Origin: a bacterium | GTDB taxonomy: Bacteria; Electryoneota; Electryoneia; Electryoneales; Electryoneaceae | Assembly (NCBI GenBank): GCA_963675295.2 | Contig: CAXXKJ010000002.1 | Span: 3,072,001-3,136,000, forward strand | Length of the DNA stretch: 64,000 nucleotides | Reading direction: 5' to 3' | Shown here: in pieces, positions 19,403 through 27,404 of the stretch | Position numbering within the stretch: position 1 is the first letter of the stretch | Layout: each line of letters starts with the position of its first letter | Made by a program: the position numbers and the translations under genes | Notes under the pieces: generated by a model | What the model was told of the DNA's origin: nothing | What the model saw: only the letters and a program-made list of their open reading frames with translations | Databases searched by the model: none

Positions 19403-22063
19403 GTGGATATCCCGAAGCAATACGACCCGAAAGAAGTGGAAGCGCACTGGCGCGAGTGGTGGCACGAGAACGATTTCTTCAAGACCAGTCCGTCGATGGA
19501 GAAGGAGCCGTATGTGATCATGATGCCGCCGCCAAACGTAACCGGCGTGCTGCACATGGGTCATGCATTGCAGGACACGATCCAGGACGAGCTGATCCGT
19601 TATTACCGCATGAAGGGCTTCGAAGCCCACTGGCAGGCGGGCAAGGATCACGCCGGCATCGCGACGCAAACCGTGGTCGAACGGGAAATGAAGAAGAATG
19701 GCGAGCCCGACCGTCGCACCATGGGCCGCGAGAAATTCATCGAGCGTGTCTGGCAGTTCGTGGAACGTAACCGCAACACAATCAGCACGCAGAAGAAATC
19801 ACTCGGCATCTCGCCGGACTTCTCGAAGGAACGTTTCACCCTCGACGACGGCCTCAGCGATGCGGTACAGGAAGCGTTCATCAAGCTGCACCAGGACGGT
19901 CTGATCTATCGCGGGCCGTACATCGTCAACTGGTCGCCGAAATTGCAGTCCGCCATCTCGGACGAAGAGGTGGATTTCAAGGACGAACAGGGTCATCTGT
20001 GGCACATCCGGTATCCGGGCGCTGACGGCAGCGAGGGTGTGGTGGTCGCGACGACCCGTCCCGAGACAATGCTCGGCGACACCGCGGTAATGGTCCATCC
20101 AGAAGACGACCGGTACAAGGACCTGGTCGGCAAGGAAGTGGTTTTGCCGTTGACCGGACGGAACATTCCGGTGATCGCGGACGATTACGTCGACCGTGAA
20201 TTCGGCACCGGCGCGGTGAAGGTTACCCCGGCGCACGACCCGAACGACTTCGAGGTCGGCCGCCGTCACGATCTCGACATGCCGGTCATCCTCGACACCG
20301 AGGCGCGCATCCAGGCCCCGGCGCCGGAGAAATATATCGGACTGGACCGTGACGCCGCCCGCGAGGCCGTGGTCAAGGATCTTGAGGACCAGGGCTATCT
20401 CGTTAAAACCGAGGAGTATACGCACAGCGTCGGCTACTGTCACCGGACCAAGGTGCGCATTGAGCCGTACTTGAGCACGCAGTGGTTCCTCAAGATGAAG
20501 CCGCTCGCAAAGCGTGCGATCGAAGTCGTGCGCAACGGAGAGATCAAGTTTGTCCCGGATCGCTGGGGCAAGGTCTACTTCCAGTGGATGGAAAACATCC
20601 GCGACTGGTGCATTTCCCGTCAGTTGTGGTGGGGTCACCGGATCCCTGCGTACTACTGCGAGGACTGCAACTACGTCCACGTCGGCACCGACCACCCGGA
20701 CATCTGCCCGGCGTGCGGTTCGAACCAGTGGCGGCAGGACGAGGACGTGCTCGACACGTGGTTCTCGAGCTGGTTGTGGACCTTCTCAACCCTCGGCTGG
20801 CCGAAGCAGACCGGCGACCTGCTGTATTATCACCCGACAAACGTGCTCGTCAGTGGCTACGACATCATCTTCTTCTGGATCGCGCGGATGATCGTCGCCA
20901 GCCTGTATTTCGTCGACGAGATCCCGTTCAAGCAGGTCTACATCACCGGGATGATCAAGGACAAGCAGGGCCGTTGGATGAGCAAATCGCTCGGCAATGG
21001 CATCGACCCGCTCGAAATGGTTGACCAGTACGGCGCGGACGCGGTGCGCTACTCGCTGACTGTGCTGAATACAGTCGGCCAGGACATTCGCTTGGATCCC
21101 AGCCGTTTCGAGATGGGCCGCAACTTCGCGAACAAGCTGTGGAACTCGTTCCGTTTCCTCGTCAATCGAGATCTGGCGGGCGTCACCGAAGCACCTGGCG
21201 ACGCGCTGGAAATCGAGGATCGCTGGATCGAGGGCCGGATGATCCAGACCGCGCGTGAGCTGGAGGAAAGGATCGAACAGTACCGTCTCGATGAGGCGTT
21301 GATCGGCCTCTACCGTTTCATCTGGAACGACTTCTGTGACTGGTACATTGAGACGATCAAGACACGGATCGGCAACGATGCGGACGCGGCATCGTCAAAG
21401 CAGACGCTGCACTTCGCGATCAACGTTTTCGACAAGATCATTCACCTGCTGCATCCGTTCATGCCGTTCATCACCGAAGAGATGTACCAGACGTTGAACG
21501 GTGTCATGGGCGAAGCTTGGGCGCAGGATCGTGCGGGCAGCATTGCGGTGTCGCCGTTCCCGGACTTCTCGGACAGTAGGGTTGACGAAACCGCCGTCGC
21601 GGAGTTCGAATATGTGCGCGAGTTGGTCAGCGCGATTCGTAATGTGCGCGGCGAACTGCTGGTCCCGCCGGTCGCGGAGGCGCAGTTGGTGATGCGTGCG
21701 GACGATCCGAAACTGGACATTGTGCGGCGTGAATGGGTAACGGTGAAACGGCTGGCGCGATTGAGTGGTGATGAGCTGGCAACTGCGGACAGCAAGCCGA
21801 AAGCGTCCGCGACGACGCTGGTCGAAGGCCGTGAGATCTATATCCCGCTGGAAGGCCTGATCGACCTCGATGCCGAGAAGGACCGTGTGCAGAAGGAAAT
21901 CGGCAAGCTCGAGGGGTTGCTCAAGGGCGTGGAGAAGAAGCTGTCGAACGACAAGTTCGTCGCCAACGCGCCTGAGGATGTGGTCGCCAAGGAACGCGAG
22001 AAGATGGACACCTACAGCAACGATCTCGCGAAATTGAAGGCGCATCTGGCGGATTTGAGCTGA
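19403..22063 (+). CDS. valS: Valine--tRNA ligase
   Basis: PPPNVTGVLHMGH, ATTRPETMLGD, KVTPAHD, DWCISRQLWWGHRIP, WMSKS (KMSKS variant), C-terminal coiled coil. Confidence 0.97.
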   Translation: MDIPKQYDPKEVEAHWREWWHENDFFKTSPSMEKEPYVIMMPPPNVTGVLHMGHALQDTIQDELIRYYRMKGFEAHWQAGKDHAGIATQTVVEREMKKNGEPDRRTMGREKFIERVWQFVERNRNTISTQKKSLGISPDFSKERFTLDDGLSDAVQEAFIKLHQDGLIYRGPYIVNWSPKLQSAISDEEVDFKDEQGHLWHIRYPGADGSEGVVVATTRPETMLGDTAVMVHPEDDRYKDLVGKEVVLPLTGRNIPVIADDYVDREFGTGAVKVTPAHDPNDFEVGRRHDLDMPVILDTEARIQAPAPEKYIGLDRDAAREAVVKDLEDQGYLVKTEEYTHSVGYCHRTKVRIEPYLSTQWFLKMKPLAKRAIEVVRNGEIKFVPDRWGKVYFQWMENIRDWCISRQLWWGHRIPAYYCEDCNYVHVGTDHPDICPACGSNQWRQDEDVLDTWFSSWLWTFSTLGWPKQTGDLLYYHPTNVLVSGYDIIFFWIARMIVASLYFVDEIPFKQVYITGMIKDKQGRWMSKSLGNGIDPLEMVDQYGADAVRYSLTVLNTVGQDIRLDPSRFEMGRNFANKLWNSFRFLVNRDLAGVTEAPGDALEIEDRWIEGRMIQTARELEERIEQYRLDEALIGLYRFIWNDFCDWYIETIKTRIGNDADAASSKQTLHFAINVFDKIIHLLHPFMPFITEEMYQTLNGVMGEAWAQDRAGSIAVSPFPDFSDSRVDETAVAEFEYVRELVSAIRNVRGELLVPPVAEAQLVMRADDPKLDIVRREWVTVKRLARLSGDELATADSKPKASATTLVEGREIYIPLEGLIDLDAEKDRVQKEIGKLEGLLKGVEKKLSNDKFVANAPEDVVAKEREKMDTYSNDLAKLKAHLADLS

Positions 22064-22104
22064 TCGTTACAGTCGGTAAACTCGAACTATCGATCGAATC
22101 TTGC

Positions 22105-22127
22105 GGGACATGTCACCGACATGTCCC
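22105..22127. promoter_or_regulatory. Perfect palindrome upstream of hicB (operator or REP relative)
   Basis: gggacatgtc-acc-gacatgtccc, followed by TTGACG at 22147. Confidence 0.45.
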
Positions 22128-22196
22128 ATCGTTTTTGGGCACGGTCTTGACGGTATAGCGGCTGACTACCCATATTATCTGCGAAAAGGAGGATCC

Positions 22197-22421
22197 ATGA
22201 CCAGCTATAAGATTACCGCCGTCATAGAGAAAGACGAAGACGGCTGGTTCGCGCGAGTTCCGGAATTGGATGGCTGCTATACGCAGGGTGACAGTTACGA
22301 CGAGCTTATGGTCAACCTTCAGGATGTAATCCGCCTGCACATTCAGGATCGTCTTGAACGGGGTGAACCAATACCTCGTATGGAATCAGTTTCGCTCACC
22401 ACACTTGAGGTAGCAGTGTGA
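22197..22421 (+). CDS. hicB: HicB-family antitoxin (short, no DNA-binding domain evident)
   Basis: YKITAVIEKDEDGWFARVPELDGCYTQGDS; AGGAGG RBS. Confidence 0.88.
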   Translation: MTSYKITAVIEKDEDGWFARVPELDGCYTQGDSYDELMVNLQDVIRLHIQDRLERGEPIPRMESVSLTTLEVAV

Positions 22422-22636
22422 GCCCGAAGCTTCCACGGATTACAGCAAGGGACATCCTCAAGATTCTGCACAAACGTGGTTTCGAGAGGGTTCGCTCAAG
22501 CGGAAGTCATATCATGCTGCGTAACGCATCCGGCAATCGGGTGACTGTACCGTTTCATGCTGGTAAAATACTACATCCAAAGGTACTTAAAACCATTCTG
22601 CGCGATGCTGACATCGATCCGAGTGACTTGAGCTGA
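22418..22636 (+). CDS. hicA: HicA-family mRNA interferase toxin
   Basis: LHKRGFERVRSSGSH, VTVPFH, LKTILRDA; GTGA overlap with hicB. Confidence 0.9.
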   Translation: MSPKLPRITARDILKILHKRGFERVRSSGSHIMLRNASGNRVTVPFHAGKILHPKVLKTILRDADIDPSDLS

Positions 22637-22723
22637 TTGTTACCAGGGAACTCCTTACCAGCTTTAAGTCCGATTCTTGTTGTTTTTTCTCAAGCCTCAC
22701 ACCTCACAGCTTAGACCTGCCCT

Positions 22724-23386
22724 TCAAGCCACATACATCATCATCCCGAACCAGTGACTGATCGACCCGCCGAGCACGAACAGGTGCCAGACGGTGTGGT
22801 GATAGGGAAAGGTCCGCCACGCGTAGAAGATCACGCCGAGCGTGTAGCACGCGCCGCCGATCGCGATCCACGTCAGGAGACCGGCTGGCATCAGGGACAG
22901 CATCGGTTTCCACGCGATCACGATCATCCACCCCATCGCGAGGTACACCAGGATCGAGACGACCTTGAAGCGTCCGATGAACAGCATCTTGAACACCACT
23001 CCCCCGGCGGCCAGTCCCCAGATGATGCCGAACAGAGTCCAACCCCACGTGTCCCGCAGCAGTATCAGCAGCAACGGTGTGTATGTCCCCGCGATCAGGA
23101 TGTAGATCATCGCGTGATCCATCTGCCGGAAGAATTTCTTCAGCTTCGCCGACCGAAAGCTGTGGTACAACGTGGACGCGAGGTACAGCAGAATCAGCGA
23201 CGTGCCGTAGACACTGAAGCTGACCACTTTCCACGGATCGCCCTGCAACGAAGCGAAGACGATCAGGATCACCAGTCCTGCGACAGCCAGCGCTGCACCG
23301 AAACCGTGGCTTGCTGCGTTCGCGATCTCCTCGCGTGGGCTCTGATGCTGCTGTTGTGCGGGTTCCGGTTTGCTGTTTTTGGGCAA
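22724..23386 (-). CDS. Hemolysin III / PAQR family membrane protein (YqfA/TrhA-like)
   Basis: EEIANAASH, STLYH, DHAMIYILIAGTYTP, HTVWHLFVLGGSISH. Confidence 0.92.
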   Translation of the reverse strand: MPKNSKPEPAQQQHQSPREEIANAASHGFGAALAVAGLVILIVFASLQGDPWKVVSFSVYGTSLILLYLASTLYHSFRSAKLKKFFRQMDHAMIYILIAGTYTPLLLILLRDTWGWTLFGIIWGLAAGGVVFKMLFIGRFKVVSILVYLAMGWMIVIAWKPMLSLMPAGLLTWIAIGGACYTLGVIFYAWRTFPYHHTVWHLFVLGGSISHWFGMMMYVA

Positions 23387-23560
23387 CGTTTGGTCCTTCT
23401 TACCGTTTCGTGGGAACGAGAACTTTGCGGGTTCGGCATTGTACGATGTTCAACCCGGCTCGTGCGCAACATTCTGGGCGGGAACCCTGGCTCTCCGTCG
23501 TTGTGCAATTAGAAACGCGAGATTACAACCAACCCTGACAACAACCAAGGGGGAACGATC

Positions 23561-24901
23561 ATGGCTCGCTACCTGGTCGTGTTGCTTTCTTTTCTGATGA
23601 TTGTGCCTGCCTTCGCGCAGGATCCTGATGTGGCTGTGACGGTGTACAATCAGGGCCTCGGGCTTGTGCGCGAGGTGCGGGATATCAATCTCGACCGTGG
23701 AGTGCAGTCCTTTGCGTATGATGGTGTCGCGGCAAAAATGCTGCCGGCATCGGTGCGTTTCCACGCCGCTGATGTGGACATTCTCGAACAGAACTTTGAG
23801 TACGATCTCGTCAGCCAGCAGGCGCTGATGCAGAAGTATCTCGGCCAGATGGTGGACATTGTGCTCGAGGACGGTGTCGTCAGCGGCAAACTGCTGTCGG
23901 TTTCCGGCGGTATCATCGTCGAGGAGGACGATGGCGGCGTACGCATCATCACCAATGACGCCGTCAAATCGGTTCGTTTCCCGGAGTTGCCGGACGGCCT
24001 GATCATCAAGCCGACCCTGCGTTGGCTGCTGAACTCGGACAAGAGCGGCGATGTTGAATCGGAACTGGCCTACCTCACCCGTGGCCTCAGCTGGGAAGCC
24101 AGTTATATCGCGGTGGTCGGCGAAAATGACGACAAACTCGAACTCTCCGGCTGGGTGCAGATGAGCAACCAAAGCGGCACCGACTACCGGAACGCCCGGC
24201 TTAAACTGATGGCGGGAGATGTGCAGTTCGCGGAACAGCCGCCGTCACGGAATCGCGGCGCGTACGCTGAAGACATGATGTACGCCATGGAAGGTGCGTC
24301 GAAGGGCTTCGAGGAGAAGAGCTTTTTCGAATATCACCTCTACACCCTGCCGCGCCGTGTCGACATCCTCGACAACCAGGACAAGCAGATCCGTCTGATC
24401 GAACCGGCGACGACCGATGTGACAAAGAAGTACATCTTCGAGCCGAACCGTGGCGGCGATGTCCAGGTAAAGCTCGAGTTCACCAACAGCGAAGATGCCG
24501 GCCTCGGCATGCCGCTGCCGGCCGGGCTGGTGCGGATGTACAAGGTCGACCCAGACGACAACACGATGCAGCTGATCGGCGAGGATCGCATCGATCACAC
24601 CCCGCGTGACGAAGACCTGAGCCTGAAGACGGGGAACGCGTTCGATGTCGTCGCCGAGCGCAAGGTGATGGACACGCAACGGATCAGTTCGACTGTCCGT
24701 CAGCAGATGTACGAGGTCGAGGTGCGCAACCGGAAGGATGACGCGGTGGACGTCGTCGTGCGTGAACATTTCTACGGCGACTGGCGGATTGTGACTGAGT
24801 CGATGAACGGCACCAAAATCGACGCCAACACGCACGAGTGGGTTGTCCCGGCCGGCGCGGGCGAGGAAGTGAAGATGTCCTACACCGTGCGGTTCCAGTA
24901 G
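23561..24901 (+). CDS. Exported DUF4139-domain protein
   Basis: Signal peptide; VTVYNQGLGLVRE, EQNFEYDL, YLTRGLSWEASY, LGMPLPAG, GEDRIDHTP. Confidence 0.8.
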   Translation: MARYLVVLLSFLMIVPAFAQDPDVAVTVYNQGLGLVREVRDINLDRGVQSFAYDGVAAKMLPASVRFHAADVDILEQNFEYDLVSQQALMQKYLGQMVDIVLEDGVVSGKLLSVSGGIIVEEDDGGVRIITNDAVKSVRFPELPDGLIIKPTLRWLLNSDKSGDVESELAYLTRGLSWEASYIAVVGENDDKLELSGWVQMSNQSGTDYRNARLKLMAGDVQFAEQPPSRNRGAYAEDMMYAMEGASKGFEEKSFFEYHLYTLPRRVDILDNQDKQIRLIEPATTDVTKKYIFEPNRGGDVQVKLEFTNSEDAGLGMPLPAGLVRMYKVDPDDNTMQLIGEDRIDHTPRDEDLSLKTGNAFDVVAERKVMDTQRISSTVRQQMYEVEVRNRKDDAVDVVVREHFYGDWRIVTESMNGTKIDANTHEWVVPAGAGEEVKMSYTVRFQ

Positions 24902-24907
24902 AATAGA

Positions 24908-25050
24908 GGGCTCCGGGCTCAGGACTCAGGACTCAGGAAAATGTGGCCGTGTCAGAAAACTTGTCTGACGCGGCCGTTTTGTCTCTGATGCTACAGGCAG
25001 CAGTCCGTTTTCCACAGCCAGTTGTCTCAAGACTCAGTACTCAGGACTCC
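24908..25050. repeat. Heptamer arrays flanking a GTGG-type hairpin REP
   Basis: gggctcc gggctca ggactca ggactca; gtggccgtgtcagaaaacttgtctgacgcggcc (24943-24975), related to the copies at 12435 and 12567; further ctca heptamers at about 25024-25050. Confidence 0.75.
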
Positions 25051-25089
25051 TGTGCTGGCGTGAACGTTTGGTCACCCCTATCTTCCCGC

Positions 25090-27258
25090 ATGCCTTCAAC
25101 CCCTGGAAACAAGAAAGCCGCGCCGCTCGAATTGCCGGTCGCGTACCTGCGTGGGATCGGTCCGCGCAAAGCCAGCGCGTTCAAGCAGGTCGGTGTCAAC
25201 ACGCTGCGTGACCTGTTGTACTACGTTCCCCGCCGCTACATCGACCGCACCACCGCGACGAAGATCGGGTCCATCCGTGGTGAGACCAAGGGTGAGGTCT
25301 CGATCATCGGCCGGATCACCGAAGTGCAGATGGTCAAGGGCCGACGTGGGACCAACCGCTACGAAGCCGCCCTGGACGACGGCACCGGCACGTTGCACCT
25401 GATCTGGTTCCGGCAGACCAACCGTGTCCGCAAATGGATCACCGAGGGCTTCTCGGCGGTCTTTTCCGGCAAGGTGAACATGTACGGCGGCATCCCGCAG
25501 ATTGCGCACCCGGAAGTGATGTCGTTGTCCAAGGGCGAAGCGATGGATCTGCAGCAGGGCAAGGGCCGTTGGATCGCCTTGTATCCGGGCGGGAAGGAAT
25601 TCGACAAGGTCGATCTCGACCAGCGTGCGTTGCGGACGTTGATGGACCGCGCGGTCGGCGAATACGTCCACTCGGTGCCGGAGATCTGGCCGCAGGAGGT
25701 ACTCGACCAGTACAAGCTGCCGTCGCTCAGTGACGGGCTGCGCATGGTGCACCGTCCGCATTCCGCGAAGGAACGTGACCTCGGCTGGAAACGGCTCAAG
25801 TTCGACGAGCTGGTCCTGTTTCAACTGCTGTGGTCGTGGTCACGGCGGCGGAACCGTGACAAGGTCAAGGGGATCGCGTATCCGTCGGTAGGTGGTCTGA
25901 CACGTGCGCTGATCGAAGAGAAGCTGCCGTTCCAACTCACAGACGCGCAGAAACGCGTCATGCGTGAGATCTGGAACGACATGAAGCAGCCGCACCCGAT
26001 GACACGCCTGCTGCAGGGCGATGTTGGGTCGGGCAAGACGGTGATCGCGTTGATTGCGATGTGCATCGCCGTCGAAAACGGCCACCAGGCGGCGTTGATG
26101 GCACCGACGGAAATCCTCGCCGAGCAGCACTGGCTGACCAGCCGCAAATTCCTTGACAATCTCGACATTCACGTCGACCTGCTCACCGGCAGCATGACGG
26201 AGAAGGAACGGCGCGACAAGTATGAGCGACTCGCGCAGGGCCAGCCGGGGATCATCATCGGCACGCACGCCCTGATCCAGGACAAGGTCAAGCTGCCGAA
26301 CCTCGGGCTCACGATCATCGACGAACAGCACCGCTTCGGTGTCGCACAGCGCTTGAAGCTGATGGAACCGGACCATGTCAAGGGCCGCAACTTCGACGGG
26401 TCGGATCTGCTGCGTCCCGATGTGCTGGTGATGACCGCGACGCCCATCCCCCGCTCGCTGGCGTTGACACTGTACGGCGACCTCGATGTCAGCCGCTTGG
26501 ACGAAATGCCGCCGGGACGCGGAACGGTAACGACCAAGGCCTACAACGCCGATTTTGAACGGCAGAAGATTTACCAGCAGATCGCGGGACGGGTGCGCAA
26601 GGGCGACCGCGCGTACGTCATCTTCCCGCTCGTCGAACAGTCGGAGAAACTCGACCTTGCGGCGGCGGAAACCGGACACACGGAGCTGTCGGCGGGTGCG
26701 TTCAAGGGGCTGAAAGTTGGCCTGCTGCACGGCCGGATGAAGATGGAAGACAAGGCTGAGGCGATGCGCAAATTCGCGTCCGGAGAAACGCCGGTGCTGG
26801 TCTCGACGACGGTCGTCGAGGTCGGTGTCGATGTGCCGGAAGCGACGATCATGATCGTCGAACACGCCGAACGGTTCGGGTTGAGCCAGTTGCATCAGTT
26901 GCGTGGCCGGATCGGGCGCGGCGGTCGTGACGGCTTCTGCTGTCTGTTCTTCTATCCCCCGCTCGGCCGCACGGCGGAAGCGCGGTTGTCGATCATGCAG
27001 AAGACGACCGACGGCTTTCTCATTGCGGAGGAAGACTTGCGGCTGCGCGGCATGGGCGACTTTTTCGGTGTCAAGCAGAGCGGCCTGCCACCGTTACGCT
27101 TCTCGGACATCGTCGAGGATCAGGACCTGGTGCGGCTCACGCGCAAGGTCGCGGATGATCTGATCAACCAGAGCCCCGACCTGAAGCAGTTCCCGCCGCT
27201 GGAGAAGGAATTCCGCCGGACAGCATTGGGACGTGTCGGCTGGCTCGAGGCGGGGTGA
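25090..27258 (+). CDS. recG: ATP-dependent DNA helicase RecG
   Basis: LRGIGP, LLQGDVGSGKT, MAPTEILAEQH, DEQHRFGV, MTATPIPRSL, EVGVDVP, QLHQLRGRIGRG. Confidence 0.96.
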   Translation: MPSTPGNKKAAPLELPVAYLRGIGPRKASAFKQVGVNTLRDLLYYVPRRYIDRTTATKIGSIRGETKGEVSIIGRITEVQMVKGRRGTNRYEAALDDGTGTLHLIWFRQTNRVRKWITEGFSAVFSGKVNMYGGIPQIAHPEVMSLSKGEAMDLQQGKGRWIALYPGGKEFDKVDLDQRALRTLMDRAVGEYVHSVPEIWPQEVLDQYKLPSLSDGLRMVHRPHSAKERDLGWKRLKFDELVLFQLLWSWSRRRNRDKVKGIAYPSVGGLTRALIEEKLPFQLTDAQKRVMREIWNDMKQPHPMTRLLQGDVGSGKTVIALIAMCIAVENGHQAALMAPTEILAEQHWLTSRKFLDNLDIHVDLLTGSMTEKERRDKYERLAQGQPGIIIGTHALIQDKVKLPNLGLTIIDEQHRFGVAQRLKLMEPDHVKGRNFDGSDLLRPDVLVMTATPIPRSLALTLYGDLDVSRLDEMPPGRGTVTTKAYNADFERQKIYQQIAGRVRKGDRAYVIFPLVEQSEKLDLAAAETGHTELSAGAFKGLKVGLLHGRMKMEDKAEAMRKFASGETPVLVSTTVVEVGVDVPEATIMIVEHAERFGLSQLHQLRGRIGRGGRDGFCCLFFYPPLGRTAEARLSIMQKTTDGFLIAEEDLRLRGMGDFFGVKQSGLPPLRFSDIVEDQDLVRLTRKVADDLINQSPDLKQFPPLEKEFRRTALGRVGWLEAG

Positions 27259-27260
27259 GT

Positions 27261-27403
27261 AGAGTGCTGAGTGATGAGTAGTGAGTGATGAGTAAAAACA
27301 CATAACACAATACTGATCTCCCGTAAGGATCATCAAACAAGGCCGCGACAATTGTCACGGCCTTGTTTTAACTCACAACTCATCACTCATACCTCAGATC
27401 TGA
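27261..27403. repeat. Inverted heptamer arrays (TGAGTNN / NNACTCA) enclosing a terminator
   Basis: agagtgc tgagtga tgagtag tgagtga tgagtaa ... taactca caactca tcactca tacctca. Confidence 0.8.
27335..27368. terminator. Bidirectional intrinsic terminator
   Basis: aaacaaggccgcgacaattgtcacggccttgttt between convergent genes. Confidence 0.75.
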
Positions 27404-27404
27404 C

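Larger units (their letters stand above)
22052..22643. mobile_element. hicBA cassette bracketed by a 19-bp imperfect direct repeat of the valS 3' end
   Basis: gatttgagctgatcgttac (22052-22070) versus gacttgagctgattgttac (22625-22643); lower GC inside; no integrase or transposase present. Confidence 0.55.
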
